Shown in pieces: positions 46,972 to 54,564 of a DNA stretch of 54,564 nucleotides (positions are counted from its first letter, which is position 1; each line of letters opens with the position of its first letter). Under the pieces are notes generated by a model, which saw only the letters and a list, made by a program, of their open reading frames with translations, did no database searches and was not told where the DNA came from. The translations under genes and the position numbers were made by a program. The DNA is taken from positions 1 to 54,564 of the IMG/VR virus record IMGVR_UViG_3300045999_012682, one strand, 5' to 3'. The DNA is from a virus. Lineage: Duplodnaviria; Caudoviricetes.

Positions 46972-47868
46972 TTAGATTCTATCAGTACCCAACACTCCGT
47001 ATTCGCTTGTTGTTGGTAACGAAGGACGATTACCAGCGGCAATTACTTCATTAATAACATTACCCGTCAAGATACCGCCGAGGGAACCAGCAAGACCAGC
47101 GAGACCAAGACGTGTTGCTTTGGGTTGCTTACTTGCACGGGAGGCAATTCCCAATGCAGCAGCACCACCTGCCACGCCAAGTGCAGATGGTATGGTCACC
47201 GGATAACCAAGCAAACGGGCTTCTGGTACACCTTGTAGGTTCTCTGGTGTTGCTTTTAATACACCAAGGAAGCCACGGTCTTGATAGTAACTGCGCAGGA
47301 AATTACCATAACGTTCTGGTGTTAAATCAGGAATGTCTTTTTTAGCTTCTTCATACGCAAGCGGTTTGCCTGTGCGTCCTAGGAAGAAACGCTCAAATGC
47401 TTCCTGTACAGGTTGCTCAGTTTCACGGCGGTCTTCTGAACCAACTGCTGCATACGTTTGAGCAAAACCCTCTGGTCTGCCCATTTCACTAATATTTAAC
47501 AAGTCATATGCACCAGACGTTGCGGCAGCAGGCGCTAATGCAGCTGTCATGACCAAGCCAGTTTTAAGCGGTCCTAATTTTGCTGCTGTTTCTTTTCCTA
47601 ATGCGGCACTTCCAACCATATCTGCAATGGCATTTGGATGATTTGCGCGCCACCAAAGAGTACGGGTGCCGTCGTTTGTTAAATCAGTGACAACACGTGC
47701 TGTATACGCCCCAAGAAATTGAACAGGCGTCTCACGCATCGTGATGCCCTCTTGGGCAATGCCTTTTTTAAAACCAGGATCACCAACAGAAAGACTTTTG
47801 GTATCGTATTTCTTCTGTCGTTGTTCTGTTGTTTTAAATCCTTTAATAAAATCAGAAGCAAAGCTCAT
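46972..47868 (-). CDS. putative internal virion protein
   Basis: 298 aa with hydrophobic Gly/Ala segments. Confidence 0.7.
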   Translation of the reverse strand: MSFASDFIKGFKTTEQRQKKYDTKSLSVGDPGFKKGIAQEGITMRETPVQFLGAYTARVVTDLTNDGTRTLWWRANHPNAIADMVGSAALGKETAAKLGPLKTGLVMTAALAPAAATSGAYDLLNISEMGRPEGFAQTYAAVGSEDRRETEQPVQEAFERFFLGRTGKPLAYEEAKKDIPDLTPERYGNFLRSYYQDRGFLGVLKATPENLQGVPEARLLGYPVTIPSALGVAGGAAALGIASRASKQPKATRLGLAGLAGSLGGILTGNVINEVIAAGNRPSLPTTSEYGVLGTDRI

Positions 47869-48437
47869 TACATCAACCTCATGCCAGTTTGATCGAGTGC
47901 TTGCTGAGCCCTGGCTGGAACAGGTAGTTGATATTGGGTTTGTGCTAACGGATTAATGTATTGATTTAAGAATTCAATACCCGCCATCTGGAATTGAGTA
48001 CCAGGAGCCACAGCTTGTGGTACTTGTAAGTTATTAATTTGTTTACGTTGCAGCATTTCGTGATACAACGTTTGATCTTGAGAGGCGACAGTTGGTTCAA
48101 CTGGCATACCAGGCATCAAACCTGCAGATAAGCCCGCCGATAAAACAGAACCACCTAAGTTTGCAACTGTTTCGGCTTTTGAATACTCAGGAGCTGGCGT
48201 GTATTTACCGTCTGGTGTACGAATAAAATTAGTAGTGGATTCTTTGGGTGGCCGCAACTTTCTAGCAAGTGCAGTCAATGGATAAGTAACACCAAAATCA
48301 ATCAGTGCAGAGCCAAGTCCAACACCGGGGCCTCCAGCAAGAGTACCAAAAGCACCAGCAAGTGCGCTACCAGTGCCGACATTGGCAGCAATATCTTTAT
48401 TTGCTGAGAAAAAGTTTCTTAGCCCAGCTAATTTCAC
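47868..48437 (-). CDS. putative internal virion protein
   Basis: 189 aa, Gly-rich hydrophobic N-terminus. Confidence 0.7.
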   Translation of the reverse strand: MKLAGLRNFFSANKDIAANVGTGSALAGAFGTLAGGPGVGLGSALIDFGVTYPLTALARKLRPPKESTTNFIRTPDGKYTPAPEYSKAETVANLGGSVLSAGLSAGLMPGMPVEPTVASQDQTLYHEMLQRKQINNLQVPQAVAPGTQFQMAGIEFLNQYINPLAQTQYQLPVPARAQQALDQTGMRLM

Positions 48438-48476
48438 TGTATTGACTTCAACTTAACTCAATTGTACAAGAGGTTA

Positions 48477-49061
48477 TTATGCTTTATCTTCTTCTTCCCG
48501 TTTGGGAATAGAAGATCCAGCTGGTGCACCAAGGCTGCCCGTATCCTTTGATAGCAGTTGTGATACTGAAGTCTTGCCAGCCACCTCGGAATCTACTTGC
48601 CGTGTAGCTGCTGCCATTAAGAATCCTCGTGGGTCAGGATCCGATGCGCGTGGCATTGGATTTTTAATCTTTTTATCTGATGGAATAGTTGGACTGAGAC
48701 GATATGTTTCAGGCCACAATTCATTAAATCCAGGTTGAATTTCAGGGCGTTGTGAAGTTAAGGCCCTACCGTTTTTGAAGTCGTATTCAGAAACACGATC
48801 AAAATTTGGCATGCCAGCAAACACTTCGTATTGTTCTGCTGTTTCGCCAACAAAATTAAGACGTGGGTTTAATGACAACTTACGCGTCATCATCTTACGC
48901 AATAAGTCAGATTGCGTAAAACGTGAAGGATTCCAGGGGTATTGTCCTGCTGCCGCCGGCGATTGAAACAGCTCGTCAAAATTAAGCTGCTTCCTTTTTA
49001 CAAAAGGTTCTTTGGTGTAATCAATATAACGGCCTAGGTCCAAGCGTGAATCTTTAGCCAT
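48477..49061 (-). CDS. hypothetical protein
   Basis: 194-aa ORF coupled to upstream gene. Confidence 0.7.
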   Translation of the reverse strand: MAKDSRLDLGRYIDYTKEPFVKRKQLNFDELFQSPAAAGQYPWNPSRFTQSDLLRKMMTRKLSLNPRLNFVGETAEQYEVFAGMPNFDRVSEYDFKNGRALTSQRPEIQPGFNELWPETYRLSPTIPSDKKIKNPMPRASDPDPRGFLMAAATRQVDSEVAGKTSVSQLLSKDTGSLGAPAGSSIPKREEEDKA

Positions 49062-49282
49062 TAACCTTTAGACTTTTTCTTCTTATGTAATCCTACCAAC
49101 GTTTGACGAAGCCGTGCTTGTTTAACGGTTTTTTCGTCATATTTATCTGGATCAGATAAAACGTTTTCTTGGAGTTGAGCGGAAGTAATTCCTTTACGTT
49201 TTGCTTTAGCAGTGAAGGCACCCTCCTTCATCTCCATTCCTTGAATCCATTTTTTGTTTTTTTTCTTTTTTTCTTCAGCCAT
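49061..49282 (-). CDS. small basic phage protein (KWIQ...GAF...ARL family)
   Basis: KKWIQGMEMKEGAFTAKAKRKG...KQARLRQTL. Confidence 0.75.
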   Translation of the reverse strand: MAEEKKKKNKKWIQGMEMKEGAFTAKAKRKGITSAQLQENVLSDPDKYDEKTVKQARLRQTLVGLHKKKKSKG

Positions 49283-49284
49283 GA

Positions 49285-51762
49285 TTATTTGATGCGAGAA
49301 AAGGTTCCGCTTGTACCGGAAATTCCACGTTGTTTCATTATTTTATCAAGAAATGCTTGAGCTTCCCCAGGGCGACCTGACTGCTGTAATTGACGTAATT
49401 TACGAGCAACGTCAAAAGACTCTACAGATTGTGCGGTCGGTTGTTGAGTATATTTATAAGCTTGAGGATCTTCGTACGAACTTGGATAAGAAAAATACTT
49501 TGGATTGCCTTCTTTATCGTAACCAAGTTGCCTATGAACTGCCACTGTTGATTCCGTTGCAGTGGGTGGACGCATGGCCTCTTGTGTGTAGGTACCTTCT
49601 TTAGTCATTGCTGACGTACCATATTCAGCAAGTTCGGGACCATAAATACCAATTGAAGCCATAGTATCTAAACCAGCAACACCGCCTCGACCACGCACGC
49701 TTACGTCTTCACCCATACGCTTACCTGCCATCTTTTGAACAAGCGTTTCTCCGGTATTAACGTCAACATTGGGAAGAAGAATACGCTCTCCTGTATCAGG
49801 GTCAATGCCAAGGTCACCACCAATATTTACAAGAGATTTTGCACGGCCTCCGGAAAGCAAACCGCCAGGAACTACTTCAAGCTGTTCTTGAGAAATAAAC
49901 TCGCCAACGGGACGGCCGCGCTCTAAATTGGAAAGTTCACCCTCTGCAAGAGCAATGTTATCAGGAGCAGTAAGAACAGGACGTACAACAATACCTTCTT
50001 CAACTCCACTCATTAGTTTTTGAGGAACAGCAGCTTTTTGGATGTTACGTAAAGTTGCGTTTTGCGCTCCAGCAAGCCGTCGTTCACTTAATTCAAATTC
50101 ACGCAATGCTTGATTTATTTGAATATCAAGTTCGTCTTGACGCTCCAGGGCACCTTCCATGTCGCGTTTTAACTGTAAATAACGATCCCGTTGTTGGGGG
50201 GTTTTAAAAGAAGCTGGACGCTCTTCAAGCGCTGCTTGAAGTTGATAAATATTGTTCATGAGACCAGCATCTTGTGCGTTTAAATTTTCTATTTCAGCAC
50301 CTAACCGAATTTGTTTATTGGTTTCTTCTAACCGAATATTACCCAGCCAATTTTTATAATTTGCAACACGATCCGCTAAACCTTGGGCAGTATCTTCCAT
50401 AAACACCCCTTCTTTCAAAAGAGATACAGGAAACTGTTCCCCACCGACCGTAAAAGTACCCTCATTAATATTTTCAAAAAATTGTTCGTTTCCTGCTGCA
50501 CCAAGTTTTAGAGCGTTTCTGCGCCTTGTGGCTTTAGGATCTTCTCGCCAAGCTTCTGGTCCAAACGCTTCGGCTAATTTAGTTTCTAATCGTGTTGGAG
50601 TACTGGCTTCTGCATCTTTTAACAGTTTTAAACGGCGTTGCTGAAGAAAACGCGCTGCAGAAGTCTGCGCCAGATTTGCGCCAGGACCTGTTTCTAGCTC
50701 GATAGTTCCGCCAGGGCCAAGACCAGTACGAGCTGGACGATTACCACCAAAAGTAAAACGTTCTCCTGTACGAAGGTCATAACCAACTCCTTCAGCTTGA
50801 TCGATAGGAAGGCCATCAGGTAATTGACTTGCGACTTGATTAATCGGTTCGTCTGCTACATAGCCAATCATCTGAGAAGGATCTGCTTGTTCACGCATTA
50901 ATGCATTATTTTCTTGCGCAATATTTTCAAGCATTTCAACCTGGTTCATATCCAGATCTTCATTGCGTTGTAGTTGAGTTTTCATTCGACCTGTCATTTG
51001 GTCTTCACCTGACTCAAACGCATTTACTTGTTGAGTGCGTGTTTGATTTAGAAGTTGATTTTGAATAGAAGTAAGATCAGTAGTGGCTTGAGGAATTGCT
51101 GCGTTAAGCAAAGATTGAGTAGCGGCAGCGCGACGTGCTTCTTGTACTGCAGGAGATGGAGGATATTTTTTATCAAGGGCAGCAAGAACATTTGAACGAT
51201 ATCCTGGTTCTCCTTGACGCTCGCGATACCCAACACCATAAACACGGTTGGTGGCAGCAGGGAAATTTAATTCTGCTGCAGTGGGTTCTGGTAATTCTTT
51301 ACCTAAACGTGTCATGTATTGCTGCAATGCTTCTTCTGTTGTCGGCATAATGCTGCGACCAACAGATGTTGCAGGTGGAGCAGGCAGATCTACGGTTGAT
51401 TGAGGAATTGCTGCGACTTTTGACGGGGCAACAGGGGCCAGCTTACCTTCTTGCCGGATTTTTTGTACAACAGCCTCTGGAATTTTGGTTAGTTGCGTAC
51501 CAGGAGCAGCCGGAGCCTGTTTTTGCCCCCCGCCACGCAACATACGGCGGCCAGCAAGGCCTGCACCCACCAAAGTACCCAGTCCCAAGGCCGCAATACC
51601 CAGTGTTTCTAATAAATTGGAGCTTTCTTGCGGTTGACGGAGCTGATTACGCCTAAATTCTGCAACTTCAGGCGCAAGTTCCGCTCTTTCTTCCGGATCT
51701 TCTGGGTATGGAGTCCCAGTGGCGCGGCTATATGCAGCAAAATCAACGGGAGAAAGAGCCAT
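49285..51762 (-). CDS. large putative internal virion protein
   Basis: 825 aa; N-terminal TM-like segment, central coiled coil. Confidence 0.7.
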   Translation of the reverse strand: MALSPVDFAAYSRATGTPYPEDPEERAELAPEVAEFRRNQLRQPQESSNLLETLGIAALGLGTLVGAGLAGRRMLRGGGQKQAPAAPGTQLTKIPEAVVQKIRQEGKLAPVAPSKVAAIPQSTVDLPAPPATSVGRSIMPTTEEALQQYMTRLGKELPEPTAAELNFPAATNRVYGVGYRERQGEPGYRSNVLAALDKKYPPSPAVQEARRAAATQSLLNAAIPQATTDLTSIQNQLLNQTRTQQVNAFESGEDQMTGRMKTQLQRNEDLDMNQVEMLENIAQENNALMREQADPSQMIGYVADEPINQVASQLPDGLPIDQAEGVGYDLRTGERFTFGGNRPARTGLGPGGTIELETGPGANLAQTSAARFLQQRRLKLLKDAEASTPTRLETKLAEAFGPEAWREDPKATRRRNALKLGAAGNEQFFENINEGTFTVGGEQFPVSLLKEGVFMEDTAQGLADRVANYKNWLGNIRLEETNKQIRLGAEIENLNAQDAGLMNNIYQLQAALEERPASFKTPQQRDRYLQLKRDMEGALERQDELDIQINQALREFELSERRLAGAQNATLRNIQKAAVPQKLMSGVEEGIVVRPVLTAPDNIALAEGELSNLERGRPVGEFISQEQLEVVPGGLLSGGRAKSLVNIGGDLGIDPDTGERILLPNVDVNTGETLVQKMAGKRMGEDVSVRGRGGVAGLDTMASIGIYGPELAEYGTSAMTKEGTYTQEAMRPPTATESTVAVHRQLGYDKEGNPKYFSYPSSYEDPQAYKYTQQPTAQSVESFDVARKLRQLQQSGRPGEAQAFLDKIMKQRGISGTSGTFSRIK

Positions 51763-51891
51763 GGGAAATAAATATGTTTGATATTGCTTGATATTTTTAT
51801 TTTAGAGGGAATAATTTAGAAAAATAAGTGTTATAGACTTAAAGCAAGACCAAGTTTTATCCCTGGTTGGGGTAAAAATAAAATTTAAGCC

Positions 51892-52098
51892 ATGGACGTA
51901 AAAGATAGGGCGCAAAGGGTCATTGGCCTAGAAGCCATTAAGGCAAAAGCAGAAAATTTAATGGCAGAAGGGAAGGAACCTTTTGAAGTAAAGGCCTTCA
52001 TTAAAGGCGCAAGAGGTGAATTGGCACGACAAAAACCCGATTGGCAGAAGTATGAGGCTGCTGTTAAAGCATCAAAAACTGCACGAAGCACATTTTAA
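51892..52098 (+). CDS. hypothetical protein
   Basis: 68-aa ORF, TAAAAAT upstream, terminator downstream. Confidence 0.7.
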   Translation: MDVKDRAQRVIGLEAIKAKAENLMAEGKEPFEVKAFIKGARGELARQKPDWQKYEAAVKASKTARSTF

Positions 52099-52123
52099 GT
52101 AAACAACAAAAATTTTATTAATT

Positions 52124-52149
52124 ACCGGGGATAAAACCCCGGTTTTTTG
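52124..52149 (+). terminator. rho-independent terminator
   Basis: ACCGGGG-ATAAAA-CCCCGGT-TTTTT. Confidence 0.85.
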
Positions 52150-52459
52150 TTGTAATTTTTGGGGTAATTAGAGAAAATACATACAAAAATGAAGTGCAAA
52201 TTACAAAAATAGGTATTTATTACTACAAAAAGAGCCCCTATATATGGCGAATAGGGTACAAAATTACCTGACTCTTCTCCAACACCCCAACCGAATTGAA
52301 TTGTGTATAGAAAAAAAGAAAGGTGTGAGGGGTCTTAATTATATGGGTAGGGAAAGAGCATTGAGAAGCACCGAGCGAAGCTCGGGAAAACATCAATGAT
52401 CAGATTCCCGACCAATTTACCGTACAATATTCGCTATTTTCCTTATCAATTCCGCGTTT

Positions 52460-52475
52460 GATACGAATTCGTATC
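52460..52475. promoter_or_regulatory. 16-bp perfect palindrome, copy 1
   Basis: GATACGAATTCGTATC, identical copy at 54426. Confidence 0.7.
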
Positions 52476-52633
52476 GCGCGTGAGGTTGGGTAATCCCCCG
52501 CTACATCTAGTGTTTCAATTAGGACAGTAATGAATTCTAACTCTATTTAATTCCGACCTTTTAACTCGGGATTTATATACGTCAAGCTGGACGTTAAACG
52601 TAGCTTTTACGTCAACTTCACTTCACTTCAACC

Positions 52634-52813
52634 ATGGACATTTACTTCACTGTAGCAACCAAGCAAGCGACGTATCACTTCGTGGTCAACAAGGAAGTGG
52701 GCTTAGCTCGTATCACCAAGCTGGTTCGAAAGCAACAGAAGGGTTACGACTGCAGCACCACGATGTCAGTTGATCAGGCACGTAAGTTTGTACGTCAGCT
52801 TCAAGCCAGGTGA
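52634..52813 (+). CDS. early-region hypothetical protein (59 aa)
   Basis: Read by hand: MDIYFTVATKQATYHFVVNKEVGLARITKLVRKQQKGYDCSTTMSVDQARKFVRQLQAR; C/A-rich leader. Confidence 0.7.
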   Translation: MDIYFTVATKQATYHFVVNKEVGLARITKLVRKQQKGYDCSTTMSVDQARKFVRQLQAR

Positions 52814-52826
52814 GTTATAGCTCCCA

Positions 52827-52895
52827 AGCCAGGTGCAATGCCTGGCTCTGGTTATTGCCACACTCACGTGGCATCTCTGTCTACACCACAGCATC
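52827..52895 (+). repeat. structured leader element type A, copy 1
   Basis: AGCCAGG-TGCAATG-CCTGGCT then TGCCAC-N6-GTGGCA. Confidence 0.75.
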
Positions 52896-53084
52896 ATGAT
52901 CAAAGCTGAACACACGTTTGCAGCAGTCATCATCACAGCATTTGGTCTTGGCATCCTTGCAGGCCCAGTCGCTGGTTACTTCATTGATAAGGCAACTACC
53001 AAGCAATGTCTTAACCATGACTGGCCCAAGGAGGCTGATCAAATCCACCGTGACTGGTGCATTACCAACGGCTACAAGATCTAG
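52896..53084 (+). CDS. early-region membrane protein
   Basis: Start MIKAEHTF at 52896; one TM helix then QCLNHDWP...DWCITNGY. Confidence 0.7.
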   Translation: MIKAEHTFAAVIITAFGLGILAGPVAGYFIDKATTKQCLNHDWPKEADQIHRDWCITNGYKI

Positions 53085-53164
53085 CTGATTCGTTAAAGCG
53101 AGCGACCAGGTGCAAACCCTGGTCCAGCACTTGCCACAATCCCGTGGCATCTACTCAACACACC
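53084..53164 (+). repeat. structured leader element type A, copy 2
   Basis: GACCAGG-TGCAAAC-CCTGGTC then TGCCAC-AATCCC-GTGGCA. Confidence 0.8.
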
Positions 53165-53347
53165 ATGTACTACTCCGTTCAAGTCAAGCGCAATCCCTTT
53201 GCTGTTTACACTGACTACACATTTGAAGACACTTACTTCCAGGGATGTGAGAAGGTATTTGACACCGAGCAAGAAGCTCTTGAATACTTCCAATCCTTTG
53301 AGGATTGGGAGCAAGATCTTCTGGTAGTTGACTACCATCCTTTCTGA
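53165..53347 (+). CDS. early-region acidic protein
   Basis: Start MYYSVQVK at 53165, directly after leader. Confidence 0.7.
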   Translation: MYYSVQVKRNPFAVYTDYTFEDTYFQGCEKVFDTEQEALEYFQSFEDWEQDLLVVDYHPF

Positions 53348-53423
53348 TAGCTGGTGCGTAGCCGGGTTCGATTCCCGGCATCAGACTTGCCACAATCCCG
53401 TGGCATCTACTCAACACAACACC
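53343..53423 (+). repeat. structured leader element type A, copy 3
   Basis: TCTGAT...GCCGGG-TTCGATT-CCCGGC-ATCAGA then 34 nt identical to copy 2. Confidence 0.8.
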
Positions 53424-53696
53424 ATGCAAACACCTGCACTGGTTTACAAACCATCCGCTGAGATTCAGTATCGCGTCACATGGTATGGCGGCGAATCAAC
53501 AATGCTTCGATTTGAGAAGCTATGGAATACATTCGACCCAGATACCGATGCTACATACCAGGAATGGTTGGAGCGTGACGTACGTACTCTCATGGATGGT
53601 ATCCCTAGTTCCATGAAAGAGATGCTGATGGAAATGGAAGATTTCTATCATTACGGCATCGACATGGAACAAGAACGTAAGCGTCAGCTTATGTGA
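53424..53696 (+). CDS. early-region hypothetical protein
   Basis: Start MQTPALVY at 53424, directly after leader. Confidence 0.7.
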   Translation: MQTPALVYKPSAEIQYRVTWYGGESTMLRFEKLWNTFDPDTDATYQEWLERDVRTLMDGIPSSMKEMLMEMEDFYHYGIDMEQERKRQLM

Positions 53697-53700
53697 CTCT

Positions 53701-53765
53701 TGCACTAAGGGGCTACGGCCCTTTTCTGCAGGACTCTATATCCTGCCTCCATTCCATACGACATC
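53701..53765 (+). repeat. structured leader element type B, copy 1
   Basis: TGCACT-hairpin-TTTTCTGCAGG-loop-CCTGC. Confidence 0.6.
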
Positions 53766-53954
53766 ATGACCTCACTTAACATTCGCAAGAACACTGCACA
53801 ATTCCTGCTGGCAACTGCAGCAGCAGTTGAGAATGCCAAGGTACCTACCAAGGCAGGCATGGTTGGAAAGCTGAACGAGTATCGGACTCGGGCAGCGGCA
53901 CTCATCATGCCGAACGATATGGCATTCGTCATCCAACCCAAGCAAGGTAACTGA
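53766..53954 (+). CDS. early-region hypothetical protein
   Basis: 62-aa ORF after leader. Confidence 0.65.
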   Translation: MTSLNIRKNTAQFLLATAAAVENAKVPTKAGMVGKLNEYRTRAAALIMPNDMAFVIQPKQGN

Positions 53955-53957
53955 TTC

Positions 53958-54161
53958 ATGCAACGTAACTACTTCTCTGACTCTTGTGTTGCTATTGTTC
54001 TCGGCGTTGGTTGTGGCTTACTCCTATCTGTTGGAGCACAGAAAGTTCTCAACAGACACTACAAAGCAACGTGCCACAACCAACCAGGACATAACTTGAT
54101 CTACACCAAAGGATTCCTTGGTGATACGTACTACTGCATCAACAGTAAGTACATGAACTAA
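53958..54161 (+). CDS. early-region membrane protein
   Basis: TM helix then C...GFLGDTYYCI. Confidence 0.7.
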   Translation: MQRNYFSDSCVAIVLGVGCGLLLSVGAQKVLNRHYKATCHNQPGHNLIYTKGFLGDTYYCINSKYMN

Positions 54162-54367
54162 CCAAAGAGTCCACCAATTAATCCACCTGCAAGTCCACCT
54201 AGCAACTCTGGTCTATTAATACCAGGAGCAATATTGCCTCCTGGACCAATACCAGGTACACCTAGCAAGGATCCCGTAAGACCTAAAGGCATTCTGCCAA
54301 CAAGTCCCAACGGACCAATGTTTTGGTTTACATAATTTGCTAGAAACTCAGCACCAGGTGGAAACAT
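54158..54367 (-). CDS. Gly/Pro-rich hypothetical protein
   Basis: 69 aa; TAGAAT motif upstream on - strand. Confidence 0.6.
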   Translation of the reverse strand: MFPPGAEFLANYVNQNIGPLGLVGRMPLGLTGSLLGVPGIGPGGNIAPGINRPELLGGLAGGLIGGLFG

Positions 54368-54404
54368 TTGTATAACACATCAGTATATACATTCTACCGA
54401 TCTC

Positions 54405-54501
54405 TGCACTTAACCCTTCCGTCTTGATACGAATTCGTATCGGACGGTAGGTTTTCTGCAGGGCTTTCCTGCACTACACCACACGACACCAAGTTAGTTC
54501 T
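54405..54501 (+). repeat. structured leader element type B, copy 2 (contains 16-bp palindrome copy 2 at 54426-54441)
   Basis: TGCACT-long hairpin (CCGTC...GATACGAATTCGTATC...GACGG)-TTTTCTGCAGG-GCTTT-CCTGCA. Confidence 0.65.
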
Positions 54502-54564
54502 ATGAACTACCAAGCTGTTGAACAACTCCTCACGCAGGATGCTCGCCTGCTTGCCAGGAGAGAT
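54502..54564 (+). CDS. hypothetical protein (partial)
   Basis: MNYQAVEQLLTQDARLLARRD, open to window end. Confidence 0.55.
   Translation, partial: MNYQAVEQLLTQDARLLARRD

Noticed and set aside
36146-48437. Recurrent (L/M)AG motif (LAGKY, MKLAG, IRLAG) as a protease site
   Set aside because: Too short to separate from chance in Gly/Ala-rich proteins without statistics
53343-53390. tRNA gene (GGTTCGATTCCC)
   Set aside because: Only about 12 nt lie between the outer stem and the T-arm, leaving no room for D and anticodon arms; treated as a tRNA-like leader instead
52827-53423. CRISPR array
   Set aside because: Repeats are separated by whole genes of about 180 nt, not 30-40 nt spacers; the Cas4-like gene is a common phage exonuclease and no cas operon is present
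1-54564. Alternative genetic code
   Set aside because: Long genes translate intact with the standard code and all three stop codons are used

Overview
This window is most of the genome of a tailed dsDNA cyanophage, probably infecting a freshwater Synechococcus/Cyanobium-type host (it carries hli-like and nblA-like genes). Left part: small genes, a SAM-dependent methyltransferase and an Hli-like protein, then a + strand replication/metabolism block (Cas4-like exonuclease, Prim-Pol/D5 primase-helicase, SpeD-like decarboxylase, glycosyltransferase, HNH-like genes). Next come lysis and tail-fibre genes and a second + strand block (Xis-like HTH, DNA-MTase-like protein, dCTP deaminase, DUF3310). 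A long - strand morphogenesis region follows (major capsid, scaffold candidate, portal, large terminase, many Gly/Ala-rich virion proteins), then a non-coding boundary and the start of an early region. Main observations: (1) the major capsid gene is split after codon 4 by a group I intron with an antisense HNH gene inside its P1 loop; (2) a free-standing HNH gene sits between two heavily recoded copies of a host-gene 3' end, and the orphan copy supplies the next gene's RBS; (3) early genes are preceded by repeated tRNA-T-arm-like structured leaders; (4) portal and scaffold overlap by 566 nt in different frames; (5) a miniature degenerate tyrosine-recombinase-like gene and an Xis-like gene lie beside a perfect 24-bp palindrome; (6) the MTase-like protein has FPPS in place of NPPY. 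All calls come from reading motifs by eye; no database search or folding program was run.
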